From positions 64,001 to 128,000 of IMG/VR virus record IMGVR_UViG_3300013114_000583: a stretch of 64,000 nt of DNA; one strand, given 5' to 3'. The position numbers were made by a program, and so were the translations under genes. Numbering within the stretch: position 1 is the first letter of the stretch; the number at the start of each line of letters is the position of its first letter. The notes beneath the pieces were generated by a model. It was not told the origin of the DNA and made no database searches. It saw only the letters and a list, made by a program, of their open reading frames with translations. Positions 16,778-26,362 of this stretch are shown one piece after another. This stretch comes from a virus.

Positions 16778-18640
16778 TTATACATGTTTTATTTCACATA
16801 AGCCGCCGCTACAAGCAATTTCACCGGATAAATCCGTGTTATCTTCATTTTCAATGATCTTCGTGAGATCAATTTCCTTTAGCAACTGCACGCCAACATC
16901 ATAAGTTTCCTTTGAGCAAGTTTCAAACGGAGCTTGTGTATACGTTCCCCCGTCATAAGGAAGAACCGACAAGCCATTATAATAATTTCTATTATCCCAC
17001 ATCCACTCGCCGACGTCGGCCCACTCTGCATCCTTTATGGAAACAGTCGCAGACACATTGTGTGTATTTTGCCCCTTTTGAAACCCAGGCAGCACCCAGC
17101 CCTCAGTGACGGCCTTAACTCTCTTCAATAATTGCAAAGCAGACTCAGATCTCAAAGTAGCCCCAGAAGGAGCAGATTGAGGGACTGTGATAACTGATGT
17201 TGTGTGTGGACTAAAGTACTCATCCTCTATCAACTCTGGGTGTTTAGCGTTTAAAAATTGATAAATTGTTTCGTTTTTATTAACGCGGAGGCGCCTAACA
17301 TAATACTCATCATGCCAAGCATGAATCCCTGAAGACGTCCCCAGAACCAAAGAAGTGGTGCCGGCAGGCTTTACGCACGTTGTTCGAGCGGCAAAGCGAA
17401 TACCAATCTGGCTAGCAACTCTCCTATTTTCTTTTTTGACTTCCAAAGCTGCAGAAACGAGGTCGAGATCCAGAACCTTACCGGAAGCAATACCAGTCAT
17501 AGACACACCTATGAGGGCGTCTTTCTCTGTTGTAGTTTTCCAAATGTCTCTCAAATAGTGAAAGTCAGTATAACTAGCCTGTAAGGTTCCTATAAATGCG
17601 GCTGCGCGGCAACGGTCTTCAAGATCTTCCTGGCTTTCTATGTTTGATACATTAACCTCTGTAAGATTACAAAATTGATTTGGCCTTAAACCAATTTCAC
17701 AACATGGGTTTGTGCCCCAATCTTTATCATTCGAAAAATAAAACCCCGGTTCGCCAGCGCCGGAGGCGCGTACCCTATCCCACAGCGACATGAAATACTC
17801 TTTATCTATTTTATGCCTCAACAAAACTACAGAGTTGTTGGCTCGGCCTCGCTGAGGGTTGGTTTCCCACCAATTGCCGGTTTTGGCCGAAATCATTTCT
17901 TGATCATCCGCAGAGAACAAAGATATCAATGCCGCGCGGCGAATTCCGCCCGCTAGAACAGCATCCGCGACATGACACATCATATCATGAACCTCTATTG
18001 GCTGCAACTTATCTCCGTTTTCCTTTTCAGAAAGAATTCCTTCTAATTTTACCAAACATTCTCGCAACGGCTGAGGGCCGGGGGCCTTGCCGCCAGAAGT
18101 TACTAGGCGGGCGCCTTTTGGGCGAACATCAGAGTAATCAAATCGCAGCCTTGGTCCTCCGGTAAAGTAACTTCTAACTAAAGCTTTAACCGCGTCGGAC
18201 CAGCCTTCTATAGAGTCGCCAACCAAGAATCTGCGTGTTCTTTTAGAGCTTGGAGAGTGTATTTCTGGCAACTTGTTTGTGTGGTGGGCCTGGACGCTAT
18301 AACCCACCCCTGTTCCACCCAATAACAAAAACATTGCTTCACCAAAAGCACGCCAATCATCCACAGGCATATAGGCGCAATTAAAAATCCTGTTTGGCGC
18401 AACTTCTATAGGCTTTCCGCCGAATTGCATAGACCTCATGGAAGGCAAAACTTTCTTTTCGTAAACAAGCTTATAAGCCTTATGTATCTGTAACTCAAGT
18501 TGAGGAAATTTCTTAAGGTGCATATTAAGGTTCCTGGTTACAAGCTCCTGCCATGTTTCCCTTCTATTCTTCTCTTCTAAAAATCTAGCATACTTCATAT
18601 AAACTGTTATATCAGACAATATCTTGTTTTCTACATTCAT
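16778..18640 (-). CDS. nrdJ: Class II (adenosylcobalamin-dependent) ribonucleotide reductase, monomeric type
   Basis: KYAR..RRETW, FNC, GGIRRAA, TNPCCEI, FCNLTE, TCVKPAGT, YTQAPFE, C-terminal CSGGLC. Confidence 0.93.
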   Translation of the reverse strand: MNVENKILSDITVYMKYARFLEEKNRRETWQELVTRNLNMHLKKFPQLELQIHKAYKLVYEKKVLPSMRSMQFGGKPIEVAPNRIFNCAYMPVDDWRAFGEAMFLLLGGTGVGYSVQAHHTNKLPEIHSPSSKRTRRFLVGDSIEGWSDAVKALVRSYFTGGPRLRFDYSDVRPKGARLVTSGGKAPGPQPLRECLVKLEGILSEKENGDKLQPIEVHDMMCHVADAVLAGGIRRAALISLFSADDQEMISAKTGNWWETNPQRGRANNSVVLLRHKIDKEYFMSLWDRVRASGAGEPGFYFSNDKDWGTNPCCEIGLRPNQFCNLTEVNVSNIESQEDLEDRCRAAAFIGTLQASYTDFHYLRDIWKTTTEKDALIGVSMTGIASGKVLDLDLVSAALEVKKENRRVASQIGIRFAARTTCVKPAGTTSLVLGTSSGIHAWHDEYYVRRLRVNKNETIYQFLNAKHPELIEDEYFSPHTTSVITVPQSAPSGATLRSESALQLLKRVKAVTEGWVLPGFQKGQNTHNVSATVSIKDAEWADVGEWMWDNRNYYNGLSVLPYDGGTYTQAPFETCSKETYDVGVQLLKEIDLTKIIENEDNTDLSGEIACSGGLCEIKHV

Positions 18641-20013
18641 CCCTTTGATTCCTCCTTGTGTTCTTTGTAAAGGTCTTTTATTCTTTTTATCTTATCTCGT
18701 GCGCGCTGTCTTATATCCTGCTCTTGCTCCTCGCCCGTAAAAGGCTGGAGGACTTTTATTTTAACATTGCTGGTATCCATAAACACAGGATACACCAGTC
18801 CATCGGGCCCGTTTCGATTTTTTGCAATGAACAACCGGCCACCATTCGTACTTTTATCCTCTATTGTTCTAGACAAAGAAAATATGAAATCAGCAACAAA
18901 GCATTTGTTAAATGCTTCGGAGATGGATTCCATTGTAATGACTTCAGCATTCAAACCAGATCGGTTTGTTTGAGAGGCCGTCCAAACAGGACACTCATAA
19001 ATTTGGGATATCCCACGGAGCTCTTCATAAATAGTTTCTAACTGATGTCTCTTTTCTTCTTTTTTATAAGAAACAGGTTTTATTAGGTCCCCATAATCTA
19101 CTATTATGACACCTGGGGAAATGCCTCGATTTTTCAACTTCTCCAGGTGCGATTTTAATGTCTGTATTGTCGCTGATCTTGTGGGATACTCTTTAACTAT
19201 TAGGCGTCCCGGGATTTCTTTTATTTCTTCGTATATCTTCTCCTTTAGGGGTATTAAATCTTTAAGGTGAACGCCCGTGATGCAGCTATCATACCTAGAG
19301 GCAACAACGGTATCAGACAACTCTAAAGTATAATGCACAACAGTTTTTCCACTCAACAAAGCTTGAGCGCCTAGATGCGTTAAAACCATGGATTTGCCGG
19401 CGCCAGTTGGGGCAATGACAACACCTAATTCTCCTCTCCCTAGGCCCCCCTTAAGCAGAGGATCAATGCGCGCCCAACCCGTAGAAACGGGATTCCTTGA
19501 AACCAGCTGGAACCTGGCTTCAAAATCTGTTATATAATCGTACCCAAAATCATTTGACGTGCCTAAGTTAATGGCATCATTGATAACAGAAGCCACTTCG
19601 TCGAAAGAGGAGTTCTTTATCAGGTCCACTGATTTTATTAAAGCTTCTTTTAGTTTTTGTTTTTTACAGAAATCTAGTGATGTTCGCTTAATATAATCAG
19701 AATCATTTATTTCCCCGGAAGCAAGAACGCCAGCATAGTAATCTCTCAGTCTGATTTTAATGGACTCAGGCTCGGACTCTAGCTCTGTCCTCAAGACCGA
19801 CTTCATGATTGAAGTAGACGGGTGGACCGAATATCTTTCCCGATAGTTCAAGATCCTTCTTATAAATACCTGTAAATATCTTAATTCAAGAAAGTTTATA
19901 TCCAGAACCTCAAAAATCTGATCGGCAAATGATCGATCGACTAATATTAGGTGACACAAATTTTCTTGAAAAGACTTCCCAAATTTAGAAAAATCAATAT
20001 GACCTTCTGACAT
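18637..20013 (-). CDS. Replicative DnaB-family helicase (T4 gp41-like)
   Basis: APTGAGKS, YTLELS, IVDYGD, TASQTNR, KNRNG. Confidence 0.94.
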   Translation of the reverse strand: MSEGHIDFSKFGKSFQENLCHLILVDRSFADQIFEVLDINFLELRYLQVFIRRILNYRERYSVHPSTSIMKSVLRTELESEPESIKIRLRDYYAGVLASGEINDSDYIKRTSLDFCKKQKLKEALIKSVDLIKNSSFDEVASVINDAINLGTSNDFGYDYITDFEARFQLVSRNPVSTGWARIDPLLKGGLGRGELGVVIAPTGAGKSMVLTHLGAQALLSGKTVVHYTLELSDTVVASRYDSCITGVHLKDLIPLKEKIYEEIKEIPGRLIVKEYPTRSATIQTLKSHLEKLKNRGISPGVIIVDYGDLIKPVSYKKEEKRHQLETIYEELRGISQIYECPVWTASQTNRSGLNAEVITMESISEAFNKCFVADFIFSLSRTIEDKSTNGGRLFIAKNRNGPDGLVYPVFMDTSNVKIKVLQPFTGEEQEQDIRQRARDKIKRIKDLYKEHKEESKG

Positions 20014-20991
20014 TTATGCTGTTTCTTTCTTTCTGCTCAGAGAAATAATATTATTACAACAAATAAACAAATCGTTTAAGCCAACCTCCCCAAACCCTTC
20101 TTCTATCATCAATTTTCTCAACTCAGTTTTGTTGAAGTGGGGGCGCCAATTCTCTACTGTCTCTTTTATTTCCTCTCTAACAATAGCAGAAATCAAAGGA
20201 TTTATCAATTGCATAATTTTAAAATTCAATTGAATTTTGTCCTTCGAGTCTAAAATCTTTTGATATGTGCTAGAGCTGCTAGAGTTTTCTTGACAGTGAG
20301 TTATCACATCCTCCAAAAGCAGGCCGCGGTCTTCTGCGAGGTGAGGAAACCTTTTGCTCACAGTGGTCAAACCAACCCCCCTAACTCCTTCTAGATTATC
20401 GCTTTTGTCCCCAACAATTGATCGCGCGATGCAAAAATTACTCGGATGAATCCCGTATTTTTCCACAACTCTTTTAACATTCAAAACTTCAGATTGGGTC
20501 GGCCGAAATAAGACGGTCTTTTCATCAAGGACTTGAATAAAATCTTTGTCACTAGAGACTATAACTTTTTGCCATTCCTCAAAATAAGACAGAGACTTAA
20601 CATAAGAAATGATGTCATCAGCTTCAATAGCCTCTTTCATAAATTGGAAGACAGGCACCTGATTGAGCATCTCTATTAGTTTAGTTTGTTGCCAAATCCT
20701 ATTTTCAAGCTCTTGTGCGGGACTCAGCTTTTCAGAAGTCCTGTTTAACCTTCTTGGGGGTTTTCTACCCGCCTTGTAATTCTTGTTGTAAGATTTTCTT
20801 TTTTGCGACCCGCCGACACCATCCCAAACAATGCAAACAGCATCCGGTTTGATCTCCCTTGTTAATTTATTAAGGATCTTTAGAAAACCTTTGCAGCCAC
20901 CAATGTGATGACCATTAGAAGATAAACTTGGATCAACAATGTACGACCTTATAAATTGATTTTGTGCATCAATTATCATTAACCTCTTCAT
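20014..20991 (-). CDS. 5'-3' exonuclease / T4 RNase H-like (FEN family)
   Basis: IIDAQN, VWDG, YKAGR, EADDII, SSDKDF, GDKSDNLEGVRGVG. Confidence 0.94.
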   Translation of the reverse strand: MKRLMIIDAQNQFIRSYIVDPSLSSNGHHIGGCKGFLKILNKLTREIKPDAVCIVWDGVGGSQKRKSYNKNYKAGRKPPRRLNRTSEKLSPAQELENRIWQQTKLIEMLNQVPVFQFMKEAIEADDIISYVKSLSYFEEWQKVIVSSDKDFIQVLDEKTVLFRPTQSEVLNVKRVVEKYGIHPSNFCIARSIVGDKSDNLEGVRGVGLTTVSKRFPHLAEDRGLLLEDVITHCQENSSSSSTYQKILDSKDKIQLNFKIMQLINPLISAIVREEIKETVENWRPHFNKTELRKLMIEEGFGEVGLNDLFICCNNIISLSRKKETA

Positions 20992-22081
20992 AATAGTTTG
21001 AAGCCTTTCCCTCTCTGTTGCTGAATTTTTTAATTACGTCTTCATCCATTATTTCCAATACACGGGCCTCAAAAGTCGGATCCTCCAAATTCTCCAGCCA
21101 ATTTTTTCTTTGAAATTTCTTTTCTGTTTTATCATTAAAAACCAAAGTAAACCACGCGCCAGATTGCTTAAGACTGCTTGACATCTGTATGGCATCAAAC
21201 CAACTTTCCCGGTCTTGAATGCCGATTTCGTCATCACCCCACAAAATCTTAAAATTACAAGCTCTCCCTTGAGTTCCAAATCTAGACTTTTCAAGTTTAA
21301 CTTTTACCTCAGACCCAACCCTGAACCCATTCTTGTCAACAACATAAGAAGCCTTTGCTTTTCGGCCGGTGAGCCATATTCTCAAGGAATAAGCATAGTG
21401 CATAGCTTTGCCACCCGGTGTTATCCAAGGTGTCACCATGGCTTCGGAGGGCATTCTTGTTATATTTGTTTTCAGCTGGTTCAAAACCAAAAAAGTTGCT
21501 TGTTTTAAAGCTATGGGCTGAGTTATTTTACTCATGCCTTTGGATAATATTCGTGGTTTCATGGCCATTGACGACTGGGGGTTGAAATCTCCCTCTAAAT
21601 CAGAAATAGATGGCGTTAGCGCCAGAGAGTCCCAAATGAATAACCACTTATTGTCTGTTGCTAATAAGTTCTCTATAGTTTCTAAAACAAATTCTACATT
21701 TTGGGCTGGTATATATATCAACCTGTCTAAGTCGCACCCAGCTCTCTCCATAAATCCCGGGTCCATTGCAGATTCAGAGTCAAAATATACAACATCAATG
21801 CCCATCTTCTGGGCATTCGCTGCAATCTGTGTGGCCATGTATGACTTGCCAGTAGACTCAAGGCCTGCAATTTCTGTAATTTTACCAACAGGGATTCCCG
21901 CAAGGGATCCTTTGCAGATAATAGAATCCAACCAATGAGACCCAGTTGGGATCCACTCTTTCACCTCTGTCGGGTTTTCCTCTTTAAGGCTGTGGGCTAT
22001 TGTACGGCCCGCCCCCTTATTGAGGGCGGCGCGCACTTGATTTAAGTCTAGAGTACCCTCTGATAAGGATTTTCTAGACAT
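20969..22081 (-). CDS. recA: RecA/UvsX recombinase
   Basis: IPTGS, EIAGLESTGKS, FDSE, WDSL, LNQL, TPGGKA. Confidence 0.95.
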   Translation of the reverse strand: MSRKSLSEGTLDLNQVRAALNKGAGRTIAHSLKEENPTEVKEWIPTGSHWLDSIICKGSLAGIPVGKITEIAGLESTGKSYMATQIAANAQKMGIDVVYFDSESAMDPGFMERAGCDLDRLIYIPAQNVEFVLETIENLLATDNKWLFIWDSLALTPSISDLEGDFNPQSSMAMKPRILSKGMSKITQPIALKQATFLVLNQLKTNITRMPSEAMVTPWITPGGKAMHYAYSLRIWLTGRKAKASYVVDKNGFRVGSEVKVKLEKSRFGTQGRACNFKILWGDDEIGIQDRESWFDAIQMSSSLKQSGAWFTLVFNDKTEKKFQRKNWLENLEDPTFEARVLEIMDEDVIKKFSNREGKASNYYEEVNDN

Positions 22082-22082
22082 G

Positions 22083-22829
22083 TCAGCTTCCTAAAAGTTC
22101 GTCGAAGGCAGCTTCAACAGAATTCTCTGTTGTCGGAGCATTATTGTACTTGTCCGTCTCTATCTTTCCTTCTCCTTCGTTTAAGAAAGTTTCTAAAATT
22201 GAAGAAACTTCTTCCGTAGTTTTTCGTTCAAACAATTGTTCAAAATCGGGAACACTCTCCAGCAATTCGGCACATTTATCATCACCGCCAATGGCGTCAT
22301 CACAAAGAACAGATTTGCGAGGACGGGGACGAATATCTGTCGTAGGGTAAGATGCACCAGAGTTCTTCTCATATAGTACCTTAAGGTCGTTTCCCTCATC
22401 AGCGTCAGTGATATCCCCGTAATCCGGATCCAAAACAATATTTAAGAGTTTTTGATATGCCATTTTTCCATATCCCCAGACTTTAACACCCTCCGCTTCA
22501 TTCCCTCTAACCAAAATCGGAGAGAAAAATCTCTGCTTCGCAAACAAAGACTTGGCCATGCGCCGACTATCTTCCGACGAGTCGGACCATAGCTTATTTG
22601 CGAAATCGCAAACGGGACATGAGTCTCCAAAATTCCTCTTTGGGCACAAAAACCCAGATGTCCCCACGTTATAGTGAAAAAACTTTTCTTTAAAAGGATC
22701 CCCATCTGAGGTTGGAATTATTCTTACGTTGTTTTCCCCTTCTTCAGGTCTCCAAAAGTCCTTGTTCTTTCTGTCAGCACCGTTTAACCGATCCAACTTT
22801 TGTTTCATTTTATCTAAATTTAAAGCCAT
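22083..22829 (-). CDS. Single-stranded DNA-binding protein (T4 gp32-like)
   Basis: FWRP..G.N.VRIIP, H...CPK..GDSCPVC zinc site, YGDITD..EG.D, acidic C-terminal tail. Confidence 0.9.
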   Translation of the reverse strand: MALNLDKMKQKLDRLNGADRKNKDFWRPEEGENNVRIIPTSDGDPFKEKFFHYNVGTSGFLCPKRNFGDSCPVCDFANKLWSDSSEDSRRMAKSLFAKQRFFSPILVRGNEAEGVKVWGYGKMAYQKLLNIVLDPDYGDITDADEGNDLKVLYEKNSGASYPTTDIRPRPRKSVLCDDAIGGDDKCAELLESVPDFEQLFERKTTEEVSSILETFLNEGEGKIETDKYNNAPTTENSVEAAFDELLGS

Positions 22830-22881
22830 TTTATTACCTCCTAGTATGTGTTTGTTGCTTTAACTACCAAATCGCAAATTT

Positions 22882-23733
22882 TCAATTTGGCGATTCAAAT
22901 TCCAACTCCTGTATGAGAGTTGAACTCTTTAATACAATACCAAAATTTGTGTCGCCTGTCAACTCATAAATTGCACATTCAACACTTTCGGCATCGATTG
23001 ATCTTATATGTTTCTTGACTGAGCCAAATAAATCGTGGTCCTCATCAAGTACTTTTTTTACTACACCATAATAGTACATTATTTTTCGCGGCATGTCAAG
23101 ATCAAAAAACATTTTTTCTTTTTTTGTAGCCACATCAAAAATTCCAAAGGCACTGATTTTGGCAGTAGGGGCAATTTTAGAAATATTCGTATAAACTGGT
23201 GTTGTATTCTGGTAATAGTTCAACATATGGAAGGTGTAGGATATGGTATCATATATGTGTTCGTAATACTTAGTCATCGGAGCTGGGTCTGTGACTTTCT
23301 CTAAATCAACAATTGAAGTTAGATATATCCTTTCAATTTTGTTGCTTCTAGCATATTGCTGTAAAACGCCACGAACCATTCTTTCATGTATCCTTGCTTT
23401 GTAACTAAGCATAGAAGAATCAGGCTTTATATACAGAATGCTTATTTGGGTTTTTTCTTCAAGCTCTTGTAATAATCTCAATATACAAGACGTTATCATA
23501 TCTTGCCCAGATAAAACCAAAATAGTATCTTCCTCTAGTTTAGAAAAATACCTCTTTAAACTTCTATAGTTCTCCTCGTATCCCTCGGGATTTTCCTGTG
23601 TTTCCACTTTCCTTGTTTTGTACTTTCCGAATTTTTCAACATCTATTAAAAATAATTTATAAACATCAGAGTTTCTTTCATAGATGTTGGCAGAAATAAC
23701 ACACCCCGTATACCCAAGTCCAATTATATTCAT
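22882..23733 (-). CDS. Divergent tubulin/FtsZ-like protein
   Basis: MNIIGLGYTGCVI resembles the T1 loop; LFLID; ILYIKP after the T4-loop position; signature GGGTG(S/T)G replaced by SGQDMITS. Confidence 0.6.
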   Translation of the reverse strand: MNIIGLGYTGCVISANIYERNSDVYKLFLIDVEKFGKYKTRKVETQENPEGYEENYRSLKRYFSKLEEDTILVLSGQDMITSCILRLLQELEEKTQISILYIKPDSSMLSYKARIHERMVRGVLQQYARSNKIERIYLTSIVDLEKVTDPAPMTKYYEHIYDTISYTFHMLNYYQNTTPVYTNISKIAPTAKISAFGIFDVATKKEKMFFDLDMPRKIMYYYGVVKKVLDEDHDLFGSVKKHIRSIDAESVECAIYELTGDTNFGIVLKSSTLIQELEFESPN

Positions 23734-24920
23734 GATACATCCTTTAAATTTAATAGATTTTTGCCCAAATGAAAACTACACAGAAATTTACCATACCTAG
23801 TCTCTTCCAGAGCTGTTTTGAATTCTTCCAGCAAACAAGCATCCTCTTTTTTACAGTCCAAAACTATAGAGTCGTGAATTGTAAATGCTAATCGGCCTTT
23901 TAGTTGTGGAATTTTACCCAAAGCATTAACGAGAGATTCTACTATCAAGTCATTTGTGGTCGACTGAATTAAGTGGTTCAAAGCCTTAAAGCCAGTTGAT
24001 GGGATATGTCGGCCAAAGTCAGTAACCACCTCGGTGCCATTCCAATACTTTTCTATTATCTTTTCCCTATCAAAAATCATATCTAATTTTTTGTCTACTT
24101 TGGAATTATCATATAACCAGGAAAAAAATCTAATTTTAGATTCGTCGCGGCTGACGCGATTTTCAAATATATGTCTTTTGTTCCATTCGTGCAAATCTTG
24201 ATCCGGCTGTTCTAATCCAGATAACGATAAAAATGTTCTCATCTCAGCTGCGTTGAAATCATAAACAACAAACAAGTCATTATTTGGAAAGATGCCCCTT
24301 CTGAGAGTTTTATCAAGAGTCAAGATAGGAAAAGACCCCGACTTTGTTGTGAAGCGCCCCGTCTTGGTGCCAAAAATGTCGTATTTTATCGTTTCATAGT
24401 CAGTAAGACGCTTAAACCTCCTAACCTTTGAAGAATGCAAATTTTTGCCAACCCATGTTGTGTCAAAATTTAAATTATAGTCTTCTATCATAAGAGAAAG
24501 AAGATGAGCCCCTTTATAAGTCTCGTACAATTTTGGACATATGTTGTAATTTTCCCAAACATAGCTTGTTATTTGATTTAAAACATCTAAGTAATCACTT
24601 AATAAAAATTCCGGAAGCAAATCATAAAAACTTACCTCATTTAAGTCCATATTTACTTTTTTACAAGACAATACGTGCGCTTTATATAAATTGTACGTTT
24701 CTTCCCACTTCTGGTTCTGTGTCTCCTTTATCAAAGATTCTATACTCCTTCCGGACGCCCGTAGCCAAGAAAACTCTACATAAGAAGATGGTTGAAAATC
24801 CTTCCAAGTTATATATCTTTGATTTGGTTCGTAGGTTACAAAGCCCTTCTTAGAAAAAAGGTTTTTTTCTCCCCCCATTAAGTCTTGGACTCTCTGGGCA
24901 ACAATTGGTTCTTTCATCAC
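23730..24920 (-). CDS. Family A DNA polymerase domain protein (short)
   Basis: GTKTGR, motif A YDFNAAEMR, motif B R..SK...F..LY, NHLIQST, motif C IHDS. Confidence 0.85.
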   Translation of the reverse strand: MMKEPIVAQRVQDLMGGEKNLFSKKGFVTYEPNQRYITWKDFQPSSYVEFSWLRASGRSIESLIKETQNQKWEETYNLYKAHVLSCKKVNMDLNEVSFYDLLPEFLLSDYLDVLNQITSYVWENYNICPKLYETYKGAHLLSLMIEDYNLNFDTTWVGKNLHSSKVRRFKRLTDYETIKYDIFGTKTGRFTTKSGSFPILTLDKTLRRGIFPNNDLFVVYDFNAAEMRTFLSLSGLEQPDQDLHEWNKRHIFENRVSRDESKIRFFSWLYDNSKVDKKLDMIFDREKIIEKYWNGTEVVTDFGRHIPSTGFKALNHLIQSTTNDLIVESLVNALGKIPQLKGRLAFTIHDSIVLDCKKEDACLLEEFKTALEETRYGKFLCSFHLGKNLLNLKDVS

Positions 24921-24925
24921 TTCCT

Positions 24926-26356
24926 TTATATTATAACGTCATGAATATGCGGAGGGGCCCCAGCGTAACCGTAAATAGTTTCACAATGAGGGTAACACGA
25001 GCTTTGGGCTTCTTGAACCACAAAATTAACAATTTTGTGCCTATGCTTTATCTTTGCGTGATCCGGGTGTGATACCATTAATGCCCAGCCGTTACCATAT
25101 TTATCCACCTCATATATATGATCATGGGTGCTATTAACTGTAGTGGAGCCTCGATGTGCAGGGACCGGCTTAATTTTCTTAAAAAATCTAGGATCGTGGT
25201 TCTTGGCATCGTCATTGATAAATTTTAATACAGCGAAAGGAGATCGGTTGGCCAACAAATAGCGTCCTTTCCTTGCATTGTCCTCAACCTTCATATGTAG
25301 TTTTACCTTTTGCTCTTCACTTATATTAAGTTCTGATATTCTTGTCATGTGAACATACTTTAGCCACTCTTCGCTGGATATTCCACTGCTGGCCCGAGTG
25401 ACCAACGACTCTCTAGCTTGGGTTACGGTCCTCATTCTACCATTAGGCAATTCAATCGAATGCACAATCCGCGGATGGAGCCTCCAAAATAAGTTATAAG
25501 AGTTCATAATAAATCTCAAGACAGAATTCAAATCCTCTTTGTATGCTTCATAATAATATCTATTCAAAATGTTGAAACCTGACCCAATGGTGGCGGCGTC
25601 CCCGGAAACTTCTATTTCATTCATCTTAGCAGATTTTACATCAACAATCAAGCGCCATGGGTTATTTTTATCGATAAAAAAACCCTTTTGGGCCGCAATG
25701 GTCTGCAATGCTTGAAAATCGCAATCCTCGAAAAAAGCCTCTTTTTTAAAATCTTCAGAGTTTTTAGAGTACTCAAGATTCACGATTAAGCCACTTACTT
25801 GTGGGGTCACATTAGGAAGTAATATAAAATTTGTTTTAGTGATCGGAAATTTCGTACCAAAATAATTTACAAACTTTTTATAATATTTAATCACATCTTT
25901 CAAATTCTTGATACACTTAGAATATTGCTTTAAATAAACATTCACAAAATAATTGGTTAAATTTGCAAGATGATCTTCGTACAGCTCGTCAGAAGAAACA
26001 TAGCTGCTGACAACTTGAAACTCTTCATACCCGGGCAATGGATTTATGGAACCACCCGAGTTGGCCAAAAGAAACCCATAATCTTGTTTTAATTCTTGCA
26101 AAGGCCTAGTAATGTAATACATGCATGGGACCACATTTTTATTATCTGGGATTGTCCGTAGTGTGCGAGACTGATTAACCATCGGATATATGGTGTCTAA
26201 ATTGTCATTCACCTTGCCATATAGAGAGTCCTCGTACCAAAAGTCTAACATTCTTAAAGAGTCTTCAGGCACCGCATACCTCTTGTATGAATTACGACAA
26301 TGGAACAGGTACTTCGAGGAAAGGTTATTTGTGGCTAAAAATTTAAATTCATGCAT
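24926..26356 (-). CDS. Hypothetical protein with His-rich C-terminal domain
   Basis: HDH, HRH and HIH motifs near the C-terminus; follows the baseplate hub gene. Confidence 0.7.
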   Translation of the reverse strand: MHEFKFLATNNLSSKYLFHCRNSYKRYAVPEDSLRMLDFWYEDSLYGKVNDNLDTIYPMVNQSRTLRTIPDNKNVVPCMYYITRPLQELKQDYGFLLANSGGSINPLPGYEEFQVVSSYVSSDELYEDHLANLTNYFVNVYLKQYSKCIKNLKDVIKYYKKFVNYFGTKFPITKTNFILLPNVTPQVSGLIVNLEYSKNSEDFKKEAFFEDCDFQALQTIAAQKGFFIDKNNPWRLIVDVKSAKMNEIEVSGDAATIGSGFNILNRYYYEAYKEDLNSVLRFIMNSYNLFWRLHPRIVHSIELPNGRMRTVTQARESLVTRASSGISSEEWLKYVHMTRISELNISEEQKVKLHMKVEDNARKGRYLLANRSPFAVLKFINDDAKNHDPRFFKKIKPVPAHRGSTTVNSTHDHIYEVDKYGNGWALMVSHPDHAKIKHRHKIVNFVVQEAQSSCYPHCETIYGYAGAPPHIHDVII

Positions 26357-26362
26357 AATTCT

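Noticed and set aside
22882-23733. Nucleus-forming (PhuZ/chimallin) phage system
   Set aside because: The tubulin signature loop is missing, no chimallin or phage multisubunit RNA polymerase is recognisable here, and the virion genes are T4-like
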